Below are positions 1-10,200 of a stretch of 64,000 nucleotides of DNA, one piece after another. The DNA is taken from the NCBI GenBank assembly GCA_918797485.1, contig CAKKNE010000006.1:1922001-1986000 (forward strand). The letters run 5' to 3'. The stretch is from Pelagomonas calceolata. Taxonomy: Eukaryota. Positions within the stretch are counted from its first letter, which is position 1. Every line of letters begins with the position of its first letter. A program made the position numbers and the translations under genes. The notes beneath the pieces were generated by a model. It did not search any database. It saw only the letters and a program-made list of their open reading frames with translations, and was not told the origin of the DNA.

Positions 1-1234
1 TTGGACGGGTGTCTAGCTCATGCTTGAAATTCTTGATTTCATTGGCACTCATGATATCATCAACTTGCGAAGCAATCTGGGAACGAATTTGAGCTAGGTC
101 ACCCCTGTCTGCCTTGATCGTGCGCATTTCATCCAGGCCGCGTCGCAACTGGGACGTTTCTCGGCGGACATCGTCGTCATCAGCTTCTGTGGCGTGTAAC
201 GCCGATTGTAGGTACACTAATATCTCACCAAATCTGGCTTCCACCTTGACGTCCACATCTTCATAAGAAACTTTGTACTTGAGCTGGTTCAGGATATCTA
301 CAAGCTGTTTTTCTGCTTCATCGATTGCGGCCAACATAGATGGTAAATGACACTCTGCATTTGCATCGATTTTTGCCTGAACTCCTTCTAGATGCAATGA
401 ATGGGAGTGAACGATATTTTCAATTTCTATTGAGGCTTTACCACTGATGGCTATAGCATGATCTTGCAGCATCTTGCGCTGACGCTCAACATCGGCCTCG
501 TGGATTTCTAATTGATCCCGGAAACTTGCTAGCAGGTGAGTCAACTGAGAGCCTCTGTCGTCTACGTTTCCAGTCAGATCAGCTTGTAGTTCCGTCGGTA
601 GTGTCACGTTCTGCGCAGGAACCAACAAGTTCTCTTTTAGCTTGGCTACACGGGCTTGTAAATGTGATACAACTTCTTCAACAGTCCCCAAACGCATGTC
701 CACCTTTGATAGGAATGTTTGGGTTCCTTCAAAACGTCTTGTAAACCGTGCGTCCATGTCATTTGCCAGCTTCTGAAGCGCGGTGATTTGCCCGTCTTGA
801 CTGCACACTTTGTCCTCTAGATCCTTGAAAGTTGAAAGTCTGCCTTGCAACACTGAGATTTGATCTCTATTATCAATCAATTGCTGCCGTGTCCCAGCAA
901 GCTCTTCGGATTGCTTCCTGGTGCTTCGCTCAACCGCAGCTAAGAATTCACGCAACTGTTTCATCTCGTGGCGGGCTGATTCAAGTAACTCGTCGTGTCG
1001 ATCAACAGTTTCCTGGATGGCACCTAGGATAGCGTTGTGTCCTCTAAGAGTCTCCAAAAGAGTCGTTTCTGCCACGTATGGCATGCTGTGCTTTGTTGCT
1101 CCTACCATGTCGACGTGCGAACTCTCGACGTCATGCTCCATTTGCCTAAAAAAACCCACAGGCATCGACTGGCGAATTGCATCGTCAAGAAGTGATGTTT
1201 CAAGGCTGACAGGTTCAAGGTTAACTGAGTTCAT
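1..1234 (-). CDS. Coiled-coil protein of unknown function; 5' part only, runs off the window start
   Basis: Manual translation from the ATG at 1234 (MNSVNLEPVSLETSLLDDAIRQ...) appears to stay open to the window edge with heptad-rich L/E/Q/K content. It is absent from the ORF track because no stop lies in the window. Low-GC codon usage. Confidence 0.7.
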   Translation of the reverse strand, partial: MNSVNLEPVSLETSLLDDAIRQSMPVGFFRQMEHDVESSHVDMVGATKHSMPYVAETTLLETLRGHNAILGAIQETVDRHDELLESARHEMKQLREFLAAVERSTRKQSEELAGTRQQLIDNRDQISVLQGRLSTFKDLEDKVCSQDGQITALQKLANDMDARFTRRFEGTQTFLSKVDMRLGTVEEVVSHLQARVAKLKENLLVPAQNVTLPTELQADLTGNVDDRGSQLTHLLASFRDQLEIHEADVERQRKMLQDHAIAISGKASIEIENIVHSHSLHLEGVQAKIDANAECHLPSMLAAIDEAEKQLVDILNQLKYKVSYEDVDVKVEARFGEILVYLQSALHATEADDDDVRRETSQLRRGLDEMRTIKADRGDLAQIRSQIASQVDDIMSANEIKNFKHELDTRP

Positions 1235-1380
1235 CGCTTTGTCGATTGATAGGCGGCTTGAGACAACTAATACGAGGTATAATACTTAGCGCCTCTCTTC
1301 GTTGTACCGTAGGTACCCTACGGTAGGTACCTGGGGTACAAGTACCTACGGTACCCACGGTACCGTGCAGTACCTACTAG

Positions 1381-1434
1381 AGAGAGAAACCTACTAGCCT
1401 ATCCTACCCTAGATATGTATCTCCAACTCTCTAA
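1381..1434 (+). repeat. Dispersed ~55-bp hairpin-forming repeat (second copy at ~35216-35270)
   Basis: AGAGAGAAACCTACTAGCC...CTAGATATGT(A/T)TCTCC..CTCTCTAA occurs at both positions; its ends are self-complementary. Confidence 0.6.
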
Positions 1435-1570
1435 ATTTGAGTCTATACATTGAGTGTCTATCGACGCTACGGTGTAAACTTGAACCAATTTACTATAAAA
1501 CACTCTCGTAGTTCAACTTAGGTTGGCCCACTGGCAGCCTGAGCCTCTGGCTGCCAGTGGTGAGCTAGTA

Positions 1571-1829
1571 TGCAATGGAAATACACGTCTAGTAGGATCC
1601 CAAGGTTCAACTGAGACGTATCCAAGCACAACCCGTACTTGTATTACCCGCCTAGGCTACTTCCCATCCTAGGGTACTCCGATATCCCCTTAGTAGGGGG
1701 AAGTCGCCTCTCACTCCTAACTATTATCATCCTGAGTCACTTTTATTGACGGACGCAATTCCCCGTCACAAACCCCATCAAACATGGGAGAACCTATTTC
1801 GTTAGACGACTACACTACGCTGCCGGGGA
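1571..1829 (+). mobile_element. Ty1/Copia LTR copy with a truncated or divergent 3' end
   Basis: ~259 bp nearly identical (about five differences by eye) to 8060-8319; starts TG. Confidence 0.75.
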
Positions 1830-2415
1830 CCCTAATTTCTCGGCGCGGAGGAGTCGTGGTCTATACTCGACAGGTATGTGCTTGGATCTGATGAGCTTGG
1901 TGCAATAAATGCACAATGCTGCTATGGTAGCTAGGTCTCTCGGGTGTCAATGTGACACGGGAGATGCCAACAGGAAGGACTCTCACTGACTCGGAGACGT
2001 GGGAGTGTGGGCCCGGGAACCCCCTCAGGCTACTACCTCCGAGTCCGAGTCGGCTACTCGGGCGACTACCCGGCTACTTCCAGTCCGTGCAGTCCGTGAG
2101 CGACCTCTAGGCTCGCTACCCCCCCCGGGCCCTGGGCATTTGCGTCCCGGAACTTGAACCCGACTCGGAATTGACCCGGACTATGGCTATCATGATTTCA
2201 TTCAAGTTAGGAAAAAGACAAAATAGAGGGTCTAGGGCACCGATCATGATTGATAGGGTTAGCCGGAGGTCTGCAAGGGTTTTGTTGTGTTGCTCTCATA
2301 CCACGTCGGCTAATGTGCGATTTGCATGTGATCTGCAAAACTTGGAACAGACACACAATCCCAATATCAAGCAATCACTATATACACATGCCAAGGCCAT
2401 TTTATCTCTCCTGTA

Positions 2416-4014
2416 TTACCGCTTTTGGGATATTCTTGCCGCTGTGTGGCGGCGTATTTCCTCTAAGCCGACAGGTCGGCGGTTGACATCTTTTGCCGAC
2501 TCGTTATCATCCTCTTCCATGTCAGGTGGATACATGTAGTCTTGACTGGTTGCCGTCGTCAGGCTACGACTGGGCTCCAAGGTATGTCCTGAGGCGCATT
2601 TTTCTCGGCTACTGATACGACGGTTGAAGTCTGACATAATTTCAAGCGCGCGCTGTTCGATTAGCTCAGCGTAAGCCAAGATATTAGATTTGGTGACTCC
2701 TTGGCCAGAAAGAAGAGCAAGACTTCCACCCGACCGATTGAAAATGACTCTTTGTCCACCTTTATTTCCACTGGCGTCATGTGCAAGAGCAACAAGCTGA
2801 TCACACTGTATTTTGAAAAAAAATGACTGAATCTTTCTTGCAATCTGCTCGAGGGCTTGCTGTGCCTCTAGCGCAGCGTATTTGCACTCATCTGCATTTT
2901 CTTTTGCGCTTCGCCACTTACCCTGTAAATCGGCCATCGCATCTGCGCGCTGCGTCTCCTCTTCACTTAATTTATCTTCATATGTGCATATCTCTGCTTC
3001 TAATCTTGCACGACGTTTAAGAGTCCAGTCGGTCTCCTGATTCTGAGCCTGGACATAGTTAAAAAGCGAAAACGCTTCTTCCTCTGATTTAACGTACTTG
3101 CGGACAATGTCCCCGAGCGCATTGATTCCACTAACACGCTTAAGCTCAGCGAACGAAGTTCGGTAGAGAAATATTTTATCTTTGGTGTGTTGCATGACTT
3201 CTTTTTCGTTTGCGATCTGCTTCGCGAGCTCTTCGACCAAACCTGCCTTCTTTGTCTCCTCTTCGATCGTCATCAACCCCCGCGTTAAAGGTTCCTCTCC
3301 TAGGCCATTGTTGTGCGTCACTGATGATGCTGCTGCTGCCGCCATAGACTCTTCAAACTCGCGGTTTTGCTGGTCAATAAATTCAGACAAAGATTTCATT
3401 TTCTTTGAGAAAGTTGCCCTATCTTCTGCCTGTGATTGATGTAGCTCGCGTAATTGCTTGACAACCTTGTCGCGCGTTTCAGATATCGCATAGCTTCGTT
3501 CTAACACCTTCTCGACGCGACAATTGACCTCTCGGATCGATTGCTCAATTTTGGCGCGAGATTTACCGGACGACATTCGATGTCTCCGCACGGAGTTTAT
3601 CTGCAACCTGAGCTTTTCATTGTAGTTCTCTGATTGCGACAGCCTTATGTGCATATGATTCAGGCGATGCTCAAACGAAGATATCAATTTTTTCCTGGAA
3701 ATCTCCGCCAGCTTCGAAGGATCAATACCATCTGTTCGAGCTTTGGCTGGCCTCAAGGTAAATCTGTGTTGATTCAATAAATCGACAGCCGTATTTTTCG
3801 TAGACAGGCGAAAATGTGCGATCTGTTCGTCTGCCTTTCTTAGTGCACCTTCTAAATCGCTTAACCTTTTTCGCTCAATGATCATCTACGTGCTACTGGA
3901 TTAGGGTATTAAATGAGTTTCGTGTATGTCAACCTGTCGTGTATGCCAATCAGACTTGAGCTGCAGCGCATTCATTTCCAGGTTCATTCGCTTCTGAGTC
4001 GCGATTGTTGCCAT
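2416..4014 (-). CDS. Outer dynein arm docking complex subunit-like coiled-coil protein (ODA1/CCDC114/CCDC63 family); exons 4014-3934 and 3885-2416
   Basis: The 489-aa ORF joins an upstream exon through a 48-nt GT-AG intron (...DWHTRQ|MIIERKR). Family-like segments: NEKLRLQINSVRRHR, YVKSEEEAFSLFNYV, GVTKSNILAYAELIEQR. The start codon is uncertain. Confidence 0.7.
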
Positions 4015-4260
4015 CTTGACTAGCTCGACAAGGCGCTGTAAGATGGCAAGAGAAGCTGCAGATATGTATCTGCGCACCGCCTCGGGCTCTATTAATGGTA
4101 CGAAATAATCGTATGACTCCTGCGGCGAGACGACGGAAATCACCCGCGCTCGATCGTTGGGGCTTCATACCCCTATGAGCTGGTTAAGTGAGAAGTGAGG
4201 TGGTCGATGGGCGCCCACTCTCTAATATTTCAAGTTGACTCCGACCGTGACTCGCACAAC

Positions 4261-4771
4261 GACCCCCCCCTTACGTAACATGCCTAAGTCGCTGTCCCCG
4301 CCCCGATTTCGGTTGCAGTGAGGCTCCGCAGGGTTGTGACTTCTAAAGGGTCGCACTTGTCCTCAGTCCCGAAAGTCGTCGATTTATTTATGTCGCCGCG
4401 TACGCCGAGAACCTCGAATCGGTCTCTCGCGATGCTAAGACGGCCACTACGATAAGCCAAGATGACCGTAGCTTCGCCCGGTCGTACCAGGATAGCAGCC
4501 GCGCGGAGGGCAGCTTCTGCGCATGCCCGGCGAGATTTTGTGCGTACGAAGGTGGGGATTCGACTGTAGCTGGATCTTGGCGCTACGTGCGTCTTTTTTT
4601 ATGCTGAAAAGCAGAGTATCCCGCATTTCCGGGCGCTCGGGCAGCCCAAGTGATGCACCTGCTTCAAGTATACGATACGGCTCAATTGCGCGGCTATATT
4701 CGCATCGTGCGGGAATATCTCGTATATTCGGCCTTTTCTCCATAGGCACGTTAGGTAGGGGGGGGGGGGTC
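4261..4771. mobile_element. MITE-like element with imperfect terminal inverted repeats
   Basis: The left end GAC(C)nTTACGTAACATGCCTA mirrors the right end TAGGCACGTTAGGTA(G)nTC. No TSD was identified and the interior looks non-coding. Confidence 0.45.
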
Positions 4772-5724
4772 TAAGTGCGGAGTCCGAGTCGGCGGACTCA
4801 GGCTTGGACTCCGAGTCGGAGTCTACACCGTGACCGTGACCGTTAGCCTGGGCTACTTCAGCATTTAAGAGGATTGAGGTCTTCCGGACGCCTGCCGGAC
4901 TGCCAGTGTTACTAGGTCATTCAAGTCACCCGGGCCGTGACGGTCACGCTTGGCGTGTAAACTTTTTGTATTAAATTGCAGTATGGCGCGTAACAAATCA
5001 CAGGTGCCCCGATTTTCACCGGGCAGCGGCTGGACCGCGGCAAAAATAAACACAACAGACAGTTTAAATTGCATGCAAAATGAAGAAAGTATATTCGTAG
5101 CGAGCCACTAGGTGTGACGATATTGCTACTGAGATACCGATCCTAGCTGACAGACCTGAGTCAGCCTCATATAAGTCCGGGACAGCCCTGGGGCCCTAAA
5201 AAAAGCTCCTCCTGCAAACAGAGGGCTGTTGAGGCCTCTACAACACGGGCGCCGCCGCGGGATCGGAACGACCCACCAATAGGATTTGAAGGGTGAACAA
5301 GAAGTTCCGGGGGTAACCCCACACCTTCAGGGGAATTACCAAAAGCCCCTTTGGCAGTGCCTGAGCAAGCTGATAACAGTTTGGCTCGCCAACAGCCCGG
5401 GCCTGAGATCATTATATTCCGAGTCAGCCTGAGGTTGATCTGCGACAGGTCGAACAGGATGTATTTATTTGGGAACTAAGCCCAGCTTAGGGATATAAAT
5501 CCCCTGCTTCTTAACTGCCAAAGGCAGCTGGGTTGAACACCCGGAGCACCATAGACGTAAATACAAGGATACGTGGCCCATATCATAGGAGGTACCGCAG
5601 TATTCACTTAATGGGGTCGTAGGTGGAAACATCGCAAACACACAACGCACAAGAGCATCGACCAAGCTTTAGACCCGAGCATATGAGGTTCGCGGTTGTT
5701 CGCTCTAGTTGAATCGTATGGCAT

Positions 5725-7452
5725 TTGTGCACGAGAACGATGTGCGGGCATGAATATGAAAGACTGGCTTTAAGATTCGCAGCGTCGAAAGATGGCGCTT
5801 TGGCGCAGGAGGCGGGCAGCTGTGCGATGCGTCACTTGGTGGAGAGTTGCTACCTGAGGCACGGAGACAAGTTCTGGGGAATGGAAGCAAACAAGCTCTG
5901 GCGAACGTGCACCAAGAAGATGAGAGCGAGGCAAAAAAGTCTAGTACGGCGGGGAAACTCTGCGCTGGGTACGCTTTTAACAAGGGAAATTTACAAATGC
6001 GCACGGAGGCTTGCACCAGAGCGACCACTCAGAAGGGAAGTGGGATCGCGAACTGTGGGAGATCCTGGATGGGGATGCTTGGCCCAGATTTTTCATGCCT
6101 GTCGATCAGCCGCCGAGCAGCACAATCCTTATTGGACAGGGGCTGGTAGTAGCCAAGACGAAAACATAAAAAAACCAGGGCCCGTGCCAACAAGATACAA
6201 TACTTCCAGAGACGACCTCAGCCATCATGGCAATGCCCAAAACTACAGAAAGCAAGGTCAAGTGTTTGATTTTGGCATGGAAGACAGCAGGCCAGTGGTC
6301 GAGCTATTAGAAAAGGAGTGGCACAAAGTATCAGAGCCCTCTGAATCAGTACAGCTTGAACTCCAAAGCGAGTCGAAGTGCGTAGAACTTCAGCCCTCGC
6401 AGCAGGCTTTGCTGACAAATGCACACGAGGTGGGGATCAGAAGATTTCGTGAGGCTAAGTATCAGCCATTCAAGATCACTCCTAGTGGTGAAATTTGTAA
6501 ATTACAGTCCTTATGGCGTGCCACTATCGCTCGTCACATGTGTAGCGCGGCACTCAAGGATAGATGCTCTCTTAGAGTAGCCATAACAGCTACACAGACC
6601 AAGTTCTTATATGAGTATACGACCAAGTGTTGTCAAACCACATCTTTAAGCAATTTTCGTGCGACCCGGACCCTGCAACAGCTTCGCAGGGACAAGAAAG
6701 CCAGAGAATTAAAATCACCGAGGTGTCAAGTGACTGCTACTTTTTGCCCTATATCCCTGGGGGGCGCAACCAGGACAAAGGCGAGTCGGCTGATGCGGGC
6801 ACGTAAAACGGATGGCAATCTGCGGGCTGCTCTAGCTGCATCCGACACCACTATTATTAGGATGCAAGATGAGCTAAACCTACTTCACGCGACTCATACT
6901 GTTGTATTGGATGAAGTTCATAATCTGGTGAAGGCCACTCGCTCACTTTCTGCAATTATTGCTAATGGAGCCATATTTTCAGCCACCGCGTATAACTTCA
7001 CACCAGCACGTGATGCTCTCAAGTCAAACGAGCCAAATGTTGCGCTCCCGATTCTCCGCAAGCTTAAAGTTCTGAGCGAGCGCCATATTGGTTGCTGCTT
7101 GAAAATGGTTCAAGTGGGAATGCCCTTTGCCCTTGTCCGCTTACTTGGTCAAGCAGACGACGCACGTGCACTACTTTCATTTGAAATCCTCGAAAATTTA
7201 GCAAAATGGCAAATTAGCGCCATTGCAGATACTGGCGTAGTTATTGCTCTCACGCGCACCCTCCTACTCAGCGTCACTCCCGAGGTTAAAGACCAGGCGG
7301 CACGCACTCTTGCGCTTTTCCAGCCAACTGAGTACTTCCAAAGTGGGTTCAGGTGCGCCATCTCCAACACAAACACAGGCATATTGCTAGTAGACAAGTT
7401 ATTTCTTAAAAGAGCCGGTATTCACGAAGCGTTCCTCGCTAAAATTGACTGA
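5725..7452 (+). CDS. Hypothetical protein with an IQ-like motif and C-terminal armadillo-like repeats
   Basis: 575-aa ORF in low-GC DNA, where such length is unlikely by chance. IQ-like LQSLWRATIARH; ARM-like GMPFALVRLL...IADTGVVIALTRTL...VKDQAARTLA. The start is uncertain. Confidence 0.6.
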   Translation: MCTRTMCGHEYERLALRFAASKDGALAQEAGSCAMRHLVESCYLRHGDKFWGMEANKLWRTCTKKMRARQKSLVRRGNSALGTLLTREIYKCARRLAPERPLRREVGSRTVGDPGWGCLAQIFHACRSAAEQHNPYWTGAGSSQDENIKKPGPVPTRYNTSRDDLSHHGNAQNYRKQGQVFDFGMEDSRPVVELLEKEWHKVSEPSESVQLELQSESKCVELQPSQQALLTNAHEVGIRRFREAKYQPFKITPSGEICKLQSLWRATIARHMCSAALKDRCSLRVAITATQTKFLYEYTTKCCQTTSLSNFRATRTLQQLRRDKKARELKSPRCQVTATFCPISLGGATRTKASRLMRARKTDGNLRAALAASDTTIIRMQDELNLLHATHTVVLDEVHNLVKATRSLSAIIANGAIFSATAYNFTPARDALKSNEPNVALPILRKLKVLSERHIGCCLKMVQVGMPFALVRLLGQADDARALLSFEILENLAKWQISAIADTGVVIALTRTLLLSVTPEVKDQAARTLALFQPTEYFQSGFRCAISNTNTGILLVDKLFLKRAGIHEAFLAKID

Positions 7453-8059
7453 AAAAAAATTGAATGAAAAAAACGAGGAAGCTGATTGTTGGTTCCATTA
7501 AAAAATACACTGCCTCACGGTGCACGACGACGCTTTTGGCGGCACGACGACGCTTTTGGCGCTGCTGCAGTCGACCACCGCGGCCAAGGCGGCGGCTCTG
7601 AAGGACCCATAAGGCCTTAGATACGGCTCTGACCACAGCGTGGTGCCGGTAGCATGGCTTCTAGGGAACTTACGCTGCGCCAGCTGTCACTAGGACAAAC
7701 GACCCAAGTTCTGCATGCAGAAAAGAAGCGCAAAATTTGCGGCTTGGAGAAAATTGAGGCCTTGAGGTTCTTCCCTTGGGTTCTCGAGGACCTGGCCCGG
7801 CACGGACACCAAGCCAGGAGCGCCGTGCGTCGCGAACAAAAGTTGCCGATAGTGCCTGGATTTTAAAATCTAGTGAAGGAAGTGGATGCCTAAGTGAATG
7901 ATCGTCCCCATAGGACGATGGCGGTGGACTGTCGGAGTCCGATGATTCTATGGGCCAGCGAGCAGGACGCCGGGGCGGCGGAGAGAGCAGGCCCGGGGGT
8001 TGACACTCTCAGGCTTGTCACTCCACAGGTCTAGCGACCTGCTGCGCAACATAAGCGAG

Positions 8060-8640
8060 TGCAATGGAAATACACGTCTAGTAGGATCTCAAGGTTCAAC
8101 TGAGACGTATCCAAGCACAACCCGTACTTGTATTACCCGCCTAGGCTACTTCCCATCCTAGGGTACTCCGATATCCCCTTAGTAGGGGGAAGTCGCCTCT
8201 CACTCCTAACTATTATCATCCTGAGTCACCTTTAATTGACGGACGTAATTCCCCGTCACAAACCCCATCAAACATGGGAGAAACTATTTCGTTAGACGAC
8301 TACACTACGCTGCCGGGGAAGTCCGGAGCTACACACTCTATTTCCCTATGCATCGCAGGTTATGGGCCCACGCTCTGCGTGGTGTCTAACGGAACTGTCC
8401 AGAGGCATTGAACAACCCTCCGGACGTTTTAAAACCTAACCTAAATCATTATAAAACATCACTAAACGTTATTCAATTACCAAACTCCACAAATTAATAT
8501 ATTAAACGCAAAACTCAGAAGGCTCGCAATCTCGAAATTAACATAAGATGGCGGAACCTCCTGTACCAGCCGACGGCAACCCTTCTACCTGAGAACCCCA
8601 GCGGGTATGACGACTGAGGTCATAGGAGGATCCCGTAAGG
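8060..8640 (+). mobile_element. 5' end of a Ty1/Copia LTR retrotransposon: LTR 8060-8357, PBS 8358-8370, leader and interrupted ORF start
   Basis: A TG...CA-bounded 298-bp LTR is immediately followed by GGTTATGGGCCCA, the characteristic Copia half-tRNAi-Met primer-binding site. An A-rich leader leads to an ATG at ~8548 that soon stops. Confidence 0.75.
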
Positions 8641-8787
8641 CATTAGCACTAAATATGTGGTAGAAATTACTAGAATGAGCCTGGGACTCGGAGTGTCTCA
8701 TACTAAGTAATTACGCTTATTGAATGTAGTAGAAAGTCAGTAGAAAGAGGATAAGGGAACCTACTAGGGAGTAGGCCGACACCCTCA

Positions 8788-9163
8788 CTAGGTTGCCATT
8801 AACCTGTTAATTACCCGTTATTAACCTATAATTACCCCTCGGAGGGGATCCGGGGTTAATAACCCGCTAACCCGACGGGTTTTCGACTAACCCGTTTAGT
8901 GAGTTTAGCGAAAGACCCCTCCGGGCGAGCGGATGGGCGCAAGCAGCCCGTTGGGCTTTTGGATACGTACAGGTGCGCCAGGGCAAGTACCAACTCATGT
9001 GGCCCGGCGCAGCCCAGGCCAGCGCCAGTGGCCCGTGAGGCCCCCTCCCCTACCCCTCTATAAGATCCCGGGGTTAATAACCCATACTAACGGGTAATTA
9101 CCCGGGTTACTGACCCCGGGCCACGATTGGGGTTAATAACCCCTCGGGTAAATGGCAACCTAG
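8788..9163. mobile_element. Non-autonomous DNA transposon (MITE, hAT-like 8-bp TSD), 376 bp
   Basis: 13-bp TIRs CTAGGTTGCCATT / AATGGCAACCTAG; TSD CACCCTCA at 8780-8787 and 9164-9171; repeated subterminal GGGTTAATAACCC near-palindromes. Confidence 0.85.
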
Positions 9164-10200
9164 CACCCTCACTGGCACCGACTCGGAGTTTTTTTTACAG
9201 TAAGATCCTGAGCGATCCTCCCCAAGGTAAATTCGTGCTGAATTACCCTGCGACACTTAATGCTGGAGCCGTGCCAGTGAGTACAGCTAAATTTGGCTGT
9301 TTTACCCCCCCCTTTTCAGCGTGAACGGCTCAAACCTGATGGCCAGTGAATATTGCCACCGTTCGGCACCTTCCGATTCCCGAGGGCGAAAGCAACCACA
9401 CTTTGCCATATAACAATGGGGTCTCGCTTCACGTAGGTCCTGTCCGCGTCCTTGGGGGCTGCGCAGAAGCTGAGATCAAAACTATTCGCGTGCTATGCGT
9501 CGGTGCGATCGGCCGCACGAGCTCCGCACGGAGCTCTGCACGGCCGCCGGATGCTGCCAAATCACCTCACTCGCTGGTCAGCGTCGATAGACTCCCTTCC
9601 CGCGCGCGGGCGGGACGCAGCAGGCGCGCATCGGCGGCACCGGCAGCCAAACGAGACACTCATGATGCTGGCTCGTAGTTTTACCCCCCCTACTTTTCCA
9701 AAAACCACATCGCAGAGAAAAAAGACATGCGATCGTCTTTTTTGGCGCCGTTTCGAGCCGATCGGGACTCTCCGACAAAGTTATTATTTTTAGATGCAGC
9801 CGAACTCCAGTCATCAGGCAGCCTCGCAGCCCGCTGTGGTGGTGCACCACAGAGCCACTTTAGCCTGTCCCGCCATAGCTTTTACGATTACCGCCGGCTG
9901 CTCGTCTAGATACCTGACCACGTTGGTGATAGGTTTCTCGTTACTAGAGGGCAAGGGCAAGATTTCCATCTAGATTTCCCGCACTGGGCACCTCAAAGCA
10001 GAAATTTCAAGTCAAAGTGCAAGCGGGGATGTCGAATTTCGGGTTGAGGGTTCACTAAGGTACCGCATGCCAGCCTGAGTGTCGGTCCCGTGACATTACT
10101 AGTTGTATATGAAGCATGTCAACTCGTCAAGTTAGCTACCGCTATGTTAGTGTTTGCCCGTTGACTGCAAACTTAAAACGTCCCGCTCCCACCACTCATC

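Noticed and set aside
1571..8357. A single LTR element that captured two host genes
   Set aside because: The PBS follows the downstream LTR, and no gag-pol remnant or shared TSD was found around the pair.
8810..9150. Telomere-like TAACCC/GGGTTA motifs
   Set aside because: They are not tandem and lie as near-palindromic subterminal repeats inside a TIR/TSD-bounded MITE.
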